A stretch of 64,000 bases of DNA from Ophelia neglecta (taxonomy: Eukaryota): NCBI GenBank assembly GCA_965285935.1, contig OZ260665.1, positions 31,310,001 to 31,374,000 of the forward strand. Reading direction: 5' to 3'. Shown here piece by piece: positions 12,901-25,717 of the stretch; positions within the stretch are counted from its first letter, which is position 1, and every line of letters starts with the position of its first letter. The notes beneath the pieces are model-generated. The model was given only the letters and a program-made list of their open reading frames with translations, ran no database searches and was not told the origin of the DNA. Position numbers and translations under genes: made by a program.

Positions 12901-13527
12901 CAGACAACAGGCATTATGCATACTACTCTCTAGTCTGGGTCGACTGACATTAGCCCAGTGTGCAACTTTTCAAAGCAGGTAACTCTTGACTAAGAGGCTA
13001 CATCAAATTTTTTTAAACAAAGGTGGATTAATTTACTGATCGCAGCTTTTGCATCAGTCTAAAACAGCCACGAAGCAGGTCAGATCATTTCAAAATCTTA
13101 CAACTGTAGGGGCACAGGTCACAGGGTCGGGCCATGAAACCACTTTTCAGACAACTAAGCGCGGCCTCGGGTTCTGCACGGCACATGTCGACGGCAGGTA
13201 GGGTGTCAGTTTTATCGTGAAGGAGCTGTGAATGCCAATCTAGCAGGTAATGTAGAGAAATCAAGTTTGGTAAGGTTACTCCCAGGAAGCGAGGCGGCCT
13301 GACAGAGTAGCTGTGGTGGGAAATCACTGCCTGATCCCCCACCAGTGTTATCAGAAAAGAACACCATGCGGCACATTTTTCGATATCAAAGTTGGCAGGT
13401 CCCTGGGCTGGCGAGGATATGGGATCATCCCTCTCAATTCCTCTACCAGCTAAGTGGGGCTATCTGGATTGGATTCACAATAAACTACGCTACCACCAGC
13501 AGATATCAAAGTCTCTTAAATGATTTG

Positions 13528-13562
13528 AGTCAAGACATGAAATAAAGTCAAGACATGAAATA
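13528..13562. repeat. Direct duplication AGTCAAGACATGAAATA x2 (period 18)
   Basis: Read directly from the sequence. Confidence 0.8.
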
Positions 13563-16091
13563 CGGCCTCAGGTATTTATACACCTTCACAGCTGGAAGGC
13601 ATTAATGGGCTTTCAAAATTGTGTTTAGCTCTACAAGAAATCAGGGTCTACACTTCTGACCATTTACTTAACTTCAGCTATGTGTACTTGAAATTACCAC
13701 AGGAAACAAAAACTTTTAGAATTTCAGTTGGTGCATAAACAGACAATTAATTATTTTAGAAGAATGCAGAGACTGGTATAGAACAGGGTGGGCCAAGTTG
13801 TCTTTGAGTCTTTGAGTAAGGTTATGATAGAGTATAGCATCCTACGTCAGAACTAACATCAACACTGCAAGAAAAACACAGAGAAATAATAAAATTTGAT
13901 TTGTGGCACATAAGATAAACATGCCAAGAGCTACAAATATCAGGCATTTTATCAGAATCTCTGAGAGAAATATGACAGATATTGCTGGATGTAGGCTCCC
14001 GATGACCAGATAGCATCCTGGAGTCAGTGGTACTTTTATTTAGATATGAAGCGATGTGCCTAGCTTGTAAAATCCACCTCGTACTACCCTGTAGGAATGG
14101 GGAGATGAGCACTGTGATGTGATGTAACATATGTCTCTGATTACAATCGTCTTCCAGCGGCAAACCCCGAGGTTTGGGTCACAACAGGTCACCTCGAATG
14201 ATACTCAAATGATACTCGCACTTGAATACTACAAAATGTTCCCAAACAACTCAGGAGTTGCACTCGCAGTCTCTATGAATAATCATATTTATGCCACACA
14301 TGAACTTTAATAAATTGGCTACTCTTCTGATCCGCTGAAAAGTTACTGAAGCATGTAATCTGGTTTAGATAGCGTCAACCACCATTTATTTCCATTATCA
14401 TAGGAACTCGGGCACCAAGGACCCGTTTTATGATGTTGACAAGCAACCAGCATTTTTGTGTATTTCAAACTCACCGATGATCAATTATTTCATTTTATAA
14501 TCTGCCACAGATTTTCAGGTCATGATAAGTTTATGCAAAATGATATGCATAATGTTTTTCTCTCAAACAAAATTTATCATCCGGCTGCTTTGGGGAGAAA
14601 TGATATCTCACCTTGATCTAAATTGAACCCACAAGGTCAACAATTCAGAAGTGTGGCACCACTATATTGAAAACCATGCTCACATTCTGCCTTCATCCAG
14701 CCTAAAAGGTGGACTCAATTATAATATTACAAAACATCTGAAAGCAGATCTCATTAAGAGGTAATCTGGTGAGTGGAATTTAGATGAGTTTGGAGAAGCT
14801 GGTGATGTCTTGGGCGTACAAAGACAGCCATCAAATTATACAGATTAGCCAAGAAATCTATCAAAAGTTTGGCATACTAATATATCATGGTATGTAATGT
14901 ACTGTGGGCATACTGCAAGGAAAAAGGATAGCACCTTTATCAAGTTAAATGGTAAAGTTAATAGCAATGTACATGTATTGGTAAAACACAACACAGAAAT
15001 CCCTGGGTATAACCTGGTATACAGCCAATACACTGCCATACACGTCATGTTCATCTGGGATACAAAACATCTTACACTTTTCTATAATTTTTATACATCA
15101 AGAGAGTTATTACAGATGGATTAGCAACATACATGTGTAATTGGTGCAACAGACAAGTGTCATTGGGGTGGGACTGGACTGTTCAGGGACTTGGGAATTT
15201 AGGTACCATATTCCAGCCTGCATTATCCAAATTCTGGACAATACACGCCTAAATAAACACCCAAATGAGATCAAATCTTGTCAACCCCACATACACCCCG
15301 CACCTGGTCAATTAGATCTATGGAGGGATATTCCTTGACTTAATCCAATATGGCAAGAAGTTTGAGAGGCAGTTTTCAAACTTTTCCTTTTACTGGTATT
15401 TGGTGTAATAATAAAATTAGAAAGTTCTATGGATCACAAGTTGGGACTATCTGGACTCTCACTATAGACAAAGTTGCTGGAATGTGTGCAAAATTCTGGT
15501 GAAGCATTCATTGCATTGTGTAATGCATTAAGTGACTAAGCTGGGACAGAATGGCAATTGATAGCTGATCTTAAAGCAGTACAGATCTTAGATGTCATGT
15601 CTTCTTGACGCAGTACAGGTCTAAGATGTTCATGGTTATAAACTGGAATCTTGTGGTCAAGGTATTGCCGAGATCAACAGATATCATAGAACATCTGTTA
15701 TCTTGATTCATTGGTAGCAATCGATAATAAATTTGACCGGGTACCACTGGGATAAGTCCCCCCCCCCCTAATACATCAACAGGTGAAAGAAGGGACAAAA
15801 TCATACCTCATAAAAATGCATAAAAAGATGCTATTCTCACTATTCATTAATTTACTTATGCACAAAGTCTGTTTTCTGAGTGGAATATGACCTTGAATGA
15901 ATGAGTTAATTAATAAATGAATATTCTGGTCACAAACTTCCAAAAAGAGGAAAATGTCAAGTTGAAGGTCATCTGTAGAATCTGTACATGACTCCTTATA
16001 AGTGACCAATACATTGTACATGCACTGGCAGGCAATAATTTATATTGAAAAATCACCGGGAGAATCACTGAGGGGTCTGTGTCGAGGTATT

Positions 16092-16380
16092 GAGTAACTA
16101 AGTGTTTAATTGACTGCCTGCCTTCTTGCATGGGTTCAAACACCGCTGAGTGTCGCCGACTATTTCCTTAGGTCAGTCGGCAGTTGTCCACGATGCAATA
16201 TGTCGTCCCATAGCATTCCGCCAGCATCCTTTGCTGAAGAGCAAGCGATTCCTGCTATGGCCTGTATTGTGCTCCAAACAGCAGAGAAACTAGTGTCCTG
16301 TGTCCTCTGGAGTTCAACACTATCTCGCACACAACAGAAGTCCGTCATTGTGAGAATTTGTCACTTTTATTTAATAAACT
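16092..16380 (+). mobile_element. Probable decayed tRNA-derived SINE
   Basis: Degenerate A-box (TAACTAAGTGTTTAA, about 16095), B-box-like GGGTTCAAACACC (16132-16144), GC- and CpG-richer body, and an AT-rich tail (about 16362-16379). Family assignment not verified. Confidence 0.45.
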
Positions 16381-17431
16381 GTGGGTTTTGTTTCCTGCAC
16401 AATGTGCGTGCAATGTGTGATATATATTCAGTGTGTTCATTTGTAAAGCATCGTAATAATATCAAATACCATCTAGAATCTAATCATTTCAGGTTTAATA
16501 TGTATAGGCAGTTCATATCTGCCTAAAACAGACTCCCGGCTACATGCACACTCTATTATGGTGGTGGTCCATGCACAAATTTTGGTGGCATTTATTACAT
16601 GGTTAAATAGTATAAGTAGCACGGTATAGAATATAACTAAATAATACTTATTCCAAATTTGCTTTACCACATCTCTTATTCTAACAATATGGTTTCTACA
16701 GGTCAAAATTGGTCCCCAGACTGTCTATGGCAGACAGGTTGAGTTAGGGTGGACTTTTTACAGGTTTGATGATACCCATGAGTTCTTAGTATAAATGATG
16801 ACTTATGAATATCAATGTGTGGACAAGATGTCTAGACAGACAACTTTTTGTAATATCTGGATTAATAAAATTTACATCAGGTGTAACATTCAAATGAGTA
16901 ACTGTTTTTTTGGCTATGGCAAATTAACACAGTGGATTGTGGTTAAGGGACTGTTAGCCCTGTCTAGATGCAGCTACCACCTACTAGACCAATCAGGCTA
17001 GTACAGAGCAATATGGACTAGTAAAGACAAGCTTTTACTAGACCCAAATGGGCACAATGAACATGAACATGAATGAAAGGCCAAACCAGCCAGACAGCTG
17101 CCAAAATACTGGCGGGATTGGCCGACAGCTTCCGCTCCTTTTTGCCGTAGCACCCCTGACAAGTAACTCACATTAGATCTACAAGTGTTGATGACATTAA
17201 TCATCATACACCAGTAAGATGCCACGGACTATCGCTGGATTACATTTTGTTTATCACTTATCAGTATATAATATGTAAAAGTAACGTGACTTAACATATG
17301 GTGTCTTCTTTTTATATACACTTATTACATATTATTACTGAGAGAATTATCAGTAAAATACTTTTTTGAGTTTGAAATAAATATGTCTGTAATATTTCTC
17401 CGTCTAACATCAGAGATAATATAAAGCTTAC

Positions 17432-17486
17432 CTGTTAATATCATATCTTTACTGGCTTTACTGCAGCATCCACATCTGACATAATC
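17432..17486 (-). CDS. UTP15: UTP15 exon 5 (DYVRCGCCSKASKDMILT)
   Basis: Acceptor atttcag, donor G|gtaagc, 55 nt; DYVRCG motif. Confidence 0.93.
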
Positions 17487-17807
17487 CTGAAATATATATA
17501 AATCACAGTTACCATGATATCAAGGTGTCTACAGGTTTATGGGCTGAGGATGGTTTCTCTGCAGGGAAGTCTGTATTAATTAGTCTAAGGTACGCATTGG
17601 CTAACGTACTCGGGCCATGACATGCCATCCTGGTATATTGCTACAGTTCATTTGTATTTGAAAATATATTCTGAAATAAGTGCTCTTCGATGTAAAAGTG
17701 AACAATGTAAAATGCATAAACAAATAAAATTCAAGGAGGAGGGGAGGGAGCAGAATATATGAGGAGTGACCAGGCCGGGTTTTAATTGGACAAGGTAGAA
17801 GTGTTAC

Positions 17808-17931
17808 CTGGTGCTCTGTGTAGGTGTGGACAGCAGTCTCGCTGGGGACGTCCCACACTTTAACACTCTTGTCGTCAGACCCAGAGAGAACACGGAGGTT
17901 GTCATTTAAAAACTTAGTCACATGAATGGGG
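17808..17931 (-). CDS. UTP15: UTP15 exon 4 (PIHVTKFLNDNLRVLSGSDDKSVKVWDVPSETAVHTYTEHQ)
   Basis: Acceptor tttccacag, donor CAG|gtaaca; canonical WD40 (SGSDDKSVKVWD); overlaps ORF 17601..17921. Confidence 0.96.
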
Positions 17932-18196
17932 CTGTGGAAAGATAGGTGTCAATTGTAAACAACAGATCTGGATAAGTCAAACACTATAACTAGCACCACT
18001 TTAAGGGACGTTCATCATTCTTAAATTGTGTCTGCAGCTTTTACAATTAGTGTACCGATGTATTCATTTTATTTTATTAGTTGAACCAGGAGAATATTTT
18101 TTCTGATTTAATATTAAATTTATAATTTGACATTTGAAGGAGTCTGTATTAATGTAATTGATTGTGATAACATTTAATTGTACACAATATTCCTAC

Positions 18197-18381
18197 CCAA
18201 CATGGCCTCTGAAAACCCTAAGAAGGCTTTTTCTGCCATAATCAAACAATTTCACAACTCCTTCATCGCCCCCTGCCACTAACAACTTTCCATCTGCACG
18301 AAAGCTTCCACTGTATGCTACTTCTCGAAACTTGGTGAAGGCTTTCAATGGTTGGAACGATCTTGAACTATAAACGTGGAC
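18197..18381 (-). CDS. UTP15: UTP15 exon 3 (VHVYSSRSFQPLKAFTKFREVAYSGSFRADGKLLVAGGDEGVVKLFDYGRKSLLRVFRGHV)
   Basis: Acceptor cttttatag, donor GG|gtagga, 185 nt, phase 0/2; WD40 repeat (FRADGKLLVAG..VKLFD). Confidence 0.95.
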
Positions 18382-19054
18382 CTATAAAAGACATATTTAA
18401 TGTAAATAAAATGAGGGCCAGACCCAGTTTTGTTTACTAAACATTGCATACAGTTTCACTCAGCTTACCCCAGCAATATGAGTGTTTTATAACAACCAAT
18501 GATGACTGAATCATTAAATGATATGTAAACAGAGTAGAAAAATTAGAGCAGAGGATGCAGCTTATGAAAAGGAATTCAAACTTAATCAGGTTTCATAATG
18601 AAATCAATTATGGGTCAATAGGTTTATGATATATATTCAAATTCAATGTAATAATATAACTTGATCAGCTATTAATCTTTCATGAGTAATATTGGCATGG
18701 ACTGTACAAATAAAATCAATAATATCCCCATAAGCATCTAGTTTGTTACATAATTAATATCCACAATAGCTGCAATAACCTTTATCCAATCAATTTCTGA
18801 TCTTATATGAAAATACAATTAATGTGCCTAATCAATTTGTTATTAGCACATTTTCCAATGACAAGGACTGCTGTTTATGTCTAGGTCCTATCTGACTAGC
18901 TTGTGCAGGACATGACAACACCCTCCCCCAAACAGTAAGTTTTAACCATTGCCTATATTATTCAATTCTAGGTTCACCAGGATAAGTAATATATTTTTTT
19001 TCCACTTGACTTTAAAGTGTTTTTTAAATACTAATATTGGATAGCATTACTTAC

Positions 19055-19147
19055 GCGAGTGGAGCTGGTAGCAGCGTAGTGGTAAGGCTCTACCGGAGAG
19101 AACTCTAAACTGGACACAGCACCAAACTCTTTTGTTGTAACTGGGAA
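19055..19147 (-). CDS. UTP15: UTP15 exon 2 (FPVTTKEFGAVSSLEFSPVEPYHYAATSSTR)
   Basis: Acceptor ttttttccag, donor CGC|gtaagt, phase 0/0, KEFGAVS motif. Confidence 0.95.
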
Positions 19148-22100
19148 CTGGAAAAAACAACAACTTAGTTCATCAAAATGTGCATGCGTACTATTAAGCA
19201 TAAAAATATGTTTATTGTCAAAGACTCATGGTCCTTTTTAATGCCTTACTAGTATAATCTGTCAGTGCCTGTCAGAGGAATAAATGTACACATATAAACT
19301 GTACATGTATATCAACTGACACAATCCTGGACTGCAGGGCATCTAATTTGGCAAAGCATAGAATTGACATGATACACACTGATGATGATGAATTATGTAG
19401 ATTTAAAAGGCCATGTTGTTGGCATTTTTCTATTTCACAAATACAATTGATCAGATATGCATGTCCGCATGGCAAGAGACATCAAATTCATGTGATCATG
19501 TGATCCATGCCCAGAAATTAATCTGGGATGTTGGCAAATAATTGATTGTATAACAGTTGTTCTATAACGCTTGTGGGATGTATAGAACCAGACAAAACAT
19601 TCTTAAATGAGAGTAATTAAATCAGGAAGCAAACACAATTAAGCATGGAAGCAAACATTCTGATAGAACTTAGTATTTCAACAAACATGATCATTCAATG
19701 TAAACCTTATAATCATCAAATTTTATCACGCTTAAACAAGAGTGGACAAAGATGTTTATGCACACATTAATTCCCTTTTAGATCTTAAGAATATAATCAC
19801 ATACATGTTTAATCTCATGTAAGATGCCACATATATAGTGTATCAACAGACCATCACAAAATGAAACGGAGAAAGACCTCAGACACATCTAAGATGCCAG
19901 TAGCTTTGCCAAAATACCATTTTGTTCTCTTTTGAACAGTGACATGGCAGTAAATAATATATATCTTTCAAAGGTCAAATTTTCGAGTGATTTTAAAACT
20001 AAGAACCAAGCATTGAGCTTTGGTTAGAATTAGTATATCATTGGTCGAAGTGCCAACTCTTGACATGAGGGCCTCGCAATGGAGATCAGTGGATGGAATA
20101 TACTCCAAATGTGGTGGCAGATTCACAGAGGTAACTAAAAGAAATATATTGATATTTGCATTTAAATATTTTCACCACATCCTAAATTTAGCTAATCATC
20201 CACACCTAGCAAACTACGAATAAACTGTAGAATGGACTTATTATTGTAGAGCTAAACACACTTCATGAGCGCGCCCTAATAGGTAGAACACAGGGCGATG
20301 GCTTCATTTCAGGATATCTCACTTCTGCTCCCTTGCATGCATTTTATCATCCCTGAAGACAAGCAAATTGACTTATATCATCTCATGCTGCAGCCCATAC
20401 CACTCCAAAGTATTATATCAATGCTCTTATTTCCTCCCAATTTCATTGATCATAGAGAACGGCAATACATCTATTGGCAAAGAACAGGAAAATACTCTCT
20501 CTAATCTAAGACCTTTTCCTTTATTGCCTCAATCTAGCCAAGTTCCTGAGATCTATTCTTTTGCAAGCAATAACATTTCATCACCATTCAATTGACATTA
20601 GAGTGCTAGCTATCAGGGTAATCCAGGGACTGCATGTGTATGTTACGCACGGGCTATGAGGGCAGGCCCTCCCTTCCAGTAGCCCGGGGGAGTGAAATAC
20701 GAGGGCACCTCCGCCTCCCATCCTTTGTGGATTAATCAGAGGACAGATAATTCAATCGTGTGTCAGGATTAAGTCACTTTAGGTCAGGCAATGATGTGCG
20801 TCGACCGACACTTCATCAATCAGAAGGCAATGATGTTATATTGGCTGATAGGCTAACTCACTCTCTCCAATTGCTCACAATTGATCTTAGGATAAAGCTT
20901 TAATCGAATCTATGCCAATTCACAGCAAATTCTTCCAATTTGCATCCATCTTTTTGCCAGGTCTTTATTTTATTGAGTGCTATATCTTAGTGAATGCCTT
21001 TTGGAATTGGTCTCAAACGATATGGAATTCTCAGAGCACACAGCACTTTACTGCACCTCCATCCCTGATTGCCATAAGACGCTGATGCTGATCCAAGGTC
21101 AACCAAAAGGAAGCTGTGCTCTAACCCTAATGTGGGAGCATTAATAAAGATTAATTTACAGGAAAATATGCTGGCAAATAGTGGCAAGGGCCACAAGGCC
21201 CCCAATCAATTCCTATTACGGAATGAAAAAGAAAACAGTTATTATTTATTAGCTAAAATAAACATGGGCCTGGGGAATTTTAACATAATCAAATCACCTT
21301 TGTGTTTCAAAATATATCTAAAAGAATGTTATTTCACAACATCTAGCATGAGTGACTAACTGTGTCCACACATGAGTTGACAATGACTAATTATCATGTT
21401 AGGGTTAAGTTATCAAAACGGAAATTAAGAAGATCTTGAAAAGGGCTAGGAAACAAGTTAACAAATTACTATTCAATTTAGATTTGAGGTATCAAACAAC
21501 AGAGAGTTAGGTTTAAAAAGAACATGGAGATCTAATCAACCCTTTGAAAATTAATAATGCAGGCAGGCAGTTTAAATTTTATTCTTTTTAATATCCTTAT
21601 TTTTAAATTTTTAAATACGCACTGACACATGCATAGCTCCTTTTACCTCACTTCTTGTCTTTGATTTTGACTTGACAATGACTAAGATTACACATAGACT
21701 CATCACCACTCGTGTATACAGTCTCTGTATACTTATCTTACCTGCCCAGAATGACACCACATTTATTTCTGCTAAACTTGCCTCTTTTTTTTCTAATTTT
21801 ACCCCCCATGTGACATGCCCCTAAACCTGTAATATATTTTTACCATGAATCACATGTGATATGAAAAGTCTGTAGTATGCCATCTGTAGTATTAGAGTCT
21901 TGTATATCTCTTGAGTATTCTTCAACCGCCAACAGGATAGAATTTGTGGTTGGAATTTGACTCCTGGACCCATTTTTTTAAAGGCTTCAATCTGATATAC
22001 ATTAAAGATCAGGTACAATTTGGACACATTTCAGTATAATCTATGAACACCAAAAGTGTTTGGAACTCTCTCAGAAAAAAAGGCTTAGTTGATGGTCCTG

Positions 22101-23474
22101 CATTTAAAGGTGTGATTTCTATGATAATACAAGTGTATATTATGCAACTTACTTTATATTTGATATATCATGATGGCCCCCTTTATATCACTTTACTACT
22201 CGCATGCTTAGAAAGTTGATTTGGCTTGTGCCTGCAGACTTATGCTGCTCATACTCTTTGAAAATATCCCTATAAGGTTACAGAGATGTTTTTATTGTTT
22301 TCTTGCAAATTTTGCTGAGCAATCTATACATGTATCCTTTGGCCATATTGCAGCTTACAATGCTGTATCGGTTCAACCATTTTTAATGCACATTTGTACC
22401 CAGAGGGATGGATGTGACCCCTGGCGCCACCTACCACACAGATATTATCAAGCCAAAGCGGCTATGGGATGGAATTCCAGACTTGGCTTCCTAGTAATAT
22501 ATCACCAAGTGGAACAATTTCTAACACATATGTTCTTGCACCACAATTTTTAACACATAGGTTCTTGCACCACTGATGCGCTGGTAAAGTTGGAACAAGC
22601 AACGAAAGGGTAAATTGTCGAGGTTTTGGTTGGTGGTTCATTTGTGAAAAAGGGGCCAATTTACACCGAGGAACCGTTGTAAGGTGAGTGAAATCAAGCC
22701 CACCTAATACATGACATGCGTTCCCCCATTGTGACAGTGCCCTTACTGCTGACAAACTACTGCTCACCAGATGGCACCACATCAACATGTATAAGGCCAA
22801 GGCGCCCCTACTACTTTTGGTCACTGTCCATAATGGCAACGATTGTGGTAACTTTATGTCAGATTGGGAATCACAAAACTACATATTTGGCACAAGAATT
22901 AACTTGCCTGGTGTAGTCTTAGTTTACTCACAATTAATTAGTGAGAAATATGACAAACCTCTGTGCATATCGAATCACCGGAAATAGAAATACCGGTATG
23001 ATAACGGCATGCTGAATATAGCATATGATTCGATGTAATCGGTACTGGTACACAAGCCTTTTTAACACTGCATATTATTTTCTCAAACACATTCACAATT
23101 TGGACATAATGACAATGTCCAAAGAAACAATTTTTTGTTCAATAGAAACATGAAACTAGATTCACATGTGTACATTTATGTAAGGTGACCATATAGTTCT
23201 CCACCCTATATAGCTACTCAGATGCAAGATACCCCATTGCTATATTTTTTGTCGCCCCCTCTACACTAATTGGATTTAGTAGTTTGCAACCCCATCGTTG
23301 CCCCGAAGTCTTGTCGCAACTTCACATCATTGATACCTAGTTGCCAAGTCTCTGTCGATAATTTACTATAAGCTATTAGAATACTATGTTGGTTTAATAA
23401 TTAAACTATGCCAAACCAGTCTGTAATAGCCATGGCTGAGTGTATGACCAACTAGGACCCTAACTAGCTTTGTG

Positions 23475-23561
23475 GCAAATCTTCGCCAGGATTTTTCAGC
23501 AAATCTTCGCCAGGATTGTTCAGCATTGTAAGGGCGGGGGGGGGGGGGGGGGGGGGGAGGG
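23475..23561. repeat. 24-bp tandem duplication followed by a G22 homopolymer
   Basis: GCAAATCTTCGCCAGGATT(T/G)TTCA x2 (23475-23522); G run 23536-23557. Confidence 0.85.
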
Positions 23562-24819
23562 ACTGCTCGAAATGGCAGATGCCTTTTTAACCCATCAAAA
23601 TGCTATCATTGCAGCATATATGACCCAAATGTAATATTCTTGTCCTAACTGACCATGTACACTGTGCTATGTAGTCGCCAGTTGCTGGATGCGACATCAT
23701 TTGGCGAGCTCCTACAGCACAGCAGTGTTACAAGTTATTCCCTGTATATAGTCACTACCATTCTACATGGATAATCTCATTGCAACTAAATAATGTCACT
23801 CATGGCAAAGCCCCACAACTGGATTTTGATACCAACATGTTACAGTTTCACCATTGAGGCTCCGAGACAAGATGTGGGGAATAAAAAATAATGATTTTTC
23901 TCGGGAATGGTTCTCAGCCAATCACAAACACACTTGGCCGTCGCTCCGTTGTCCAGCGCTCGGTGAATTTGCCGTCAAGTTGCTATCTTTCCTATGTGAA
24001 AAGAGTCAAATAAGAATTGCCCTGTAAGCTTTAAACTTGACCAAAATCATATAGGTTTTCATTTGTCATGTTCGTTTTATCATAGAGAATCAAAATCCCA
24101 TAACATTCCCTCTTTATATCAGATAGTTAATTGACAATCGAGCGTTGAAAATGCCGAATTTAGCATGTAACTAGTGCTGAGCCTGTGGTGTTTTCACCTA
24201 GTGAAGTAGTCACAAATCAGCGGTGGTGACGTAAGCCTGACTGCTCCAATAGTGAATACTGCATGGCCAATATTTTTTCATAGAATTGTCGGTCACTGAA
24301 CTGCATTAGCCAAATCATAAATATTGTCTGCAATGGCAGATGTTTATGTTCTTTATCAAATTAATGTTAAATGTACTAGCCACCTAGGGCTTGCCAACTA
24401 GATTCTAACTAATATAACAAGTATCTAGCTTCGACTTGGGAACAGTTGAGAATGTTGCCAACAGATGTCAGCAATGTCTGCATAATCAACCTGGATCTAC
24501 ACACAGGCATTGCATTTGCGAATACATCTACGGATTGTACTATCAATTGTTTGGTTCAAACAAGCTCACATCATACCGATACTAGGACTGCGGTTTCATC
24601 AATCACTGAAGGATTACTAAAATGTTATAAACCTATCGAACAAAGAATTGCAGACGATAATGCCATGTGCAAGTTACACCATTGAATGCAACATGCATGT
24701 TGACATGTGTGGAACCATGCTTACCAACCCTTTTCAATGTTTCTGCTTAAAATTCTAGCACCATCTTACCCAATATTTGTCAATATAGAACGCAAATAGT
24801 TTAATAAACCATAACCTAC

Positions 24820-24912
24820 TTCTAGATGCTTCCAATAAAGCGTATCTCTATTGATTTTCTCGCCTAATCTAGGATAAACTTTGATATTCGTCTTCTTATA
24901 GGGCGCCGCCAT
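24820..24912 (-). CDS. UTP15: UTP15 coding exon 1 (MAAPYKKTNIKVYPRLGEKINRDTLYWKHLE)
   Basis: ATG in context CAACATGGCGG; 31 codons; donor GAA|gtaggt. Resembles the vertebrate UTP15 N-terminus (YPILGEKITQDTLYW). Confidence 0.93.
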
Positions 24913-25272
24913 GTTGAATAATAAATCGGAAACTCAATGTGCAATTTTGTGATGAAAAGGTCCTAACTGTCCATACATTGGTTGGCGTTTTTCATTTTAT
25001 ATTTCTTTGTTACATATAGGTTACAAATGTTAGTTTGCTGTAAAATTGGCAAATATCAAGACAACGGCCTGTGCGTGCGAGAGTATGGGTCAAGGTCAGC
25101 CTACAGGGAGCATTAATTTTCGAATTGCACTCTGGGATGGAATAATAATGAGTGCGCCCCGCTTGAAGTATTTATTTCATTTGATGGGCAACGTGGTATC
25201 ACTTGGTATAAAAGTAATCTGAGCGTAGAAACGAAGAAGTCGAGTTAGGAACTTTCTGGTCGCTATATTACG
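24913..25272. promoter_or_regulatory. Shared divergent (head-to-head) promoter region of UTP15 and ARID3/dri
   Basis: Lies between the UTP15 ATG (24912, minus) and the ARID3 first-exon candidates. CpGs are locally retained. Contains TATAAAAG at 25207-25214 (plus) and a DR0 GGGTCAAGGTCA at 25087-25098. A YY1-like AACATGGCGGC overlaps the UTP15 start. Confidence 0.65.
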
Positions 25273-25308
25273 ATGGAAAGAAGTGATGGGAGTGTGGAGG
25301 GCAGTTTG
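25273..25308 (+). CDS. ARID3: ARID3/dri alternative candidate micro first coding exon (MERSDGSVEGSL)
   Basis: ATG in strong context ACGATGG about 60 nt downstream of a TATA box; phase-0 donor TTG|gtaggt followed by a UG-rich tract; in frame with exon 26157. Confidence 0.35.
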
Positions 25309-25717
25309 GTAGGTTGTGTTTTTAGCTGTCAGACAAGTTGTCCGCGTGTTGTGTGTGTTTGTGTTGGTGTGTGATTCTGACAGCTGAGCTCTGCGATACG
25401 TGGCTTGCCTCCCGCCGCGATGGCCCTCCCTACCCGTGAAGAGTCGGTGCTACTCTCACGCTTCACAGCTTATGGTCACTCGTCTTTCGTCTACCGTAGC
25501 GGACACACGTACTGACATCGCTCCTATGTTACGAAAAACTTCCCCGAACTCTAGTGCCAAGTTTGGCTTGTTTATTTTACACCTTTCTGTCTACCGTGCC
25601 TTTAGAAGTTTACAAGAGGAGTTTACACCTAAGCTCTGATTTTTTTGCGAGATTGTATTGATTTTGTTTACACTGGCTTACCCGTGGCCACTTTGGTACT
25701 TAGGGGCCTGGCAAAGG

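Larger units (their letters stand above)
1..24912 (-). other. UTP15: UTP15 gene span (13 coding exons, 3' end truncated by the window edge)
   Basis: Exons were joined manually through GT-AG introns with consistent phases, giving 1510 nt of CDS without stops. The translation follows the recalled UTP15 sequence: N-terminal YWxxxxxPxxxKEFGAVS, WD40 repeats, and a C-terminal UTP15_C region (ELIRRG..ALAGRDEK). Confidence 0.96.

Noticed and set aside
16509-16772. Possible second, decayed copy of the CAGT..AAACCTG-type MITE
   Set aside because: Only weak end similarity (CAGGTTTGATG; CTGCCTAAAACAGAC) and no clean TIR pair or TSD.
17932-18020. C-box ATGATGA on the minus strand in UTP15 intron 3
   Set aside because: No CTGA D-box before the acceptor and no terminal stem.
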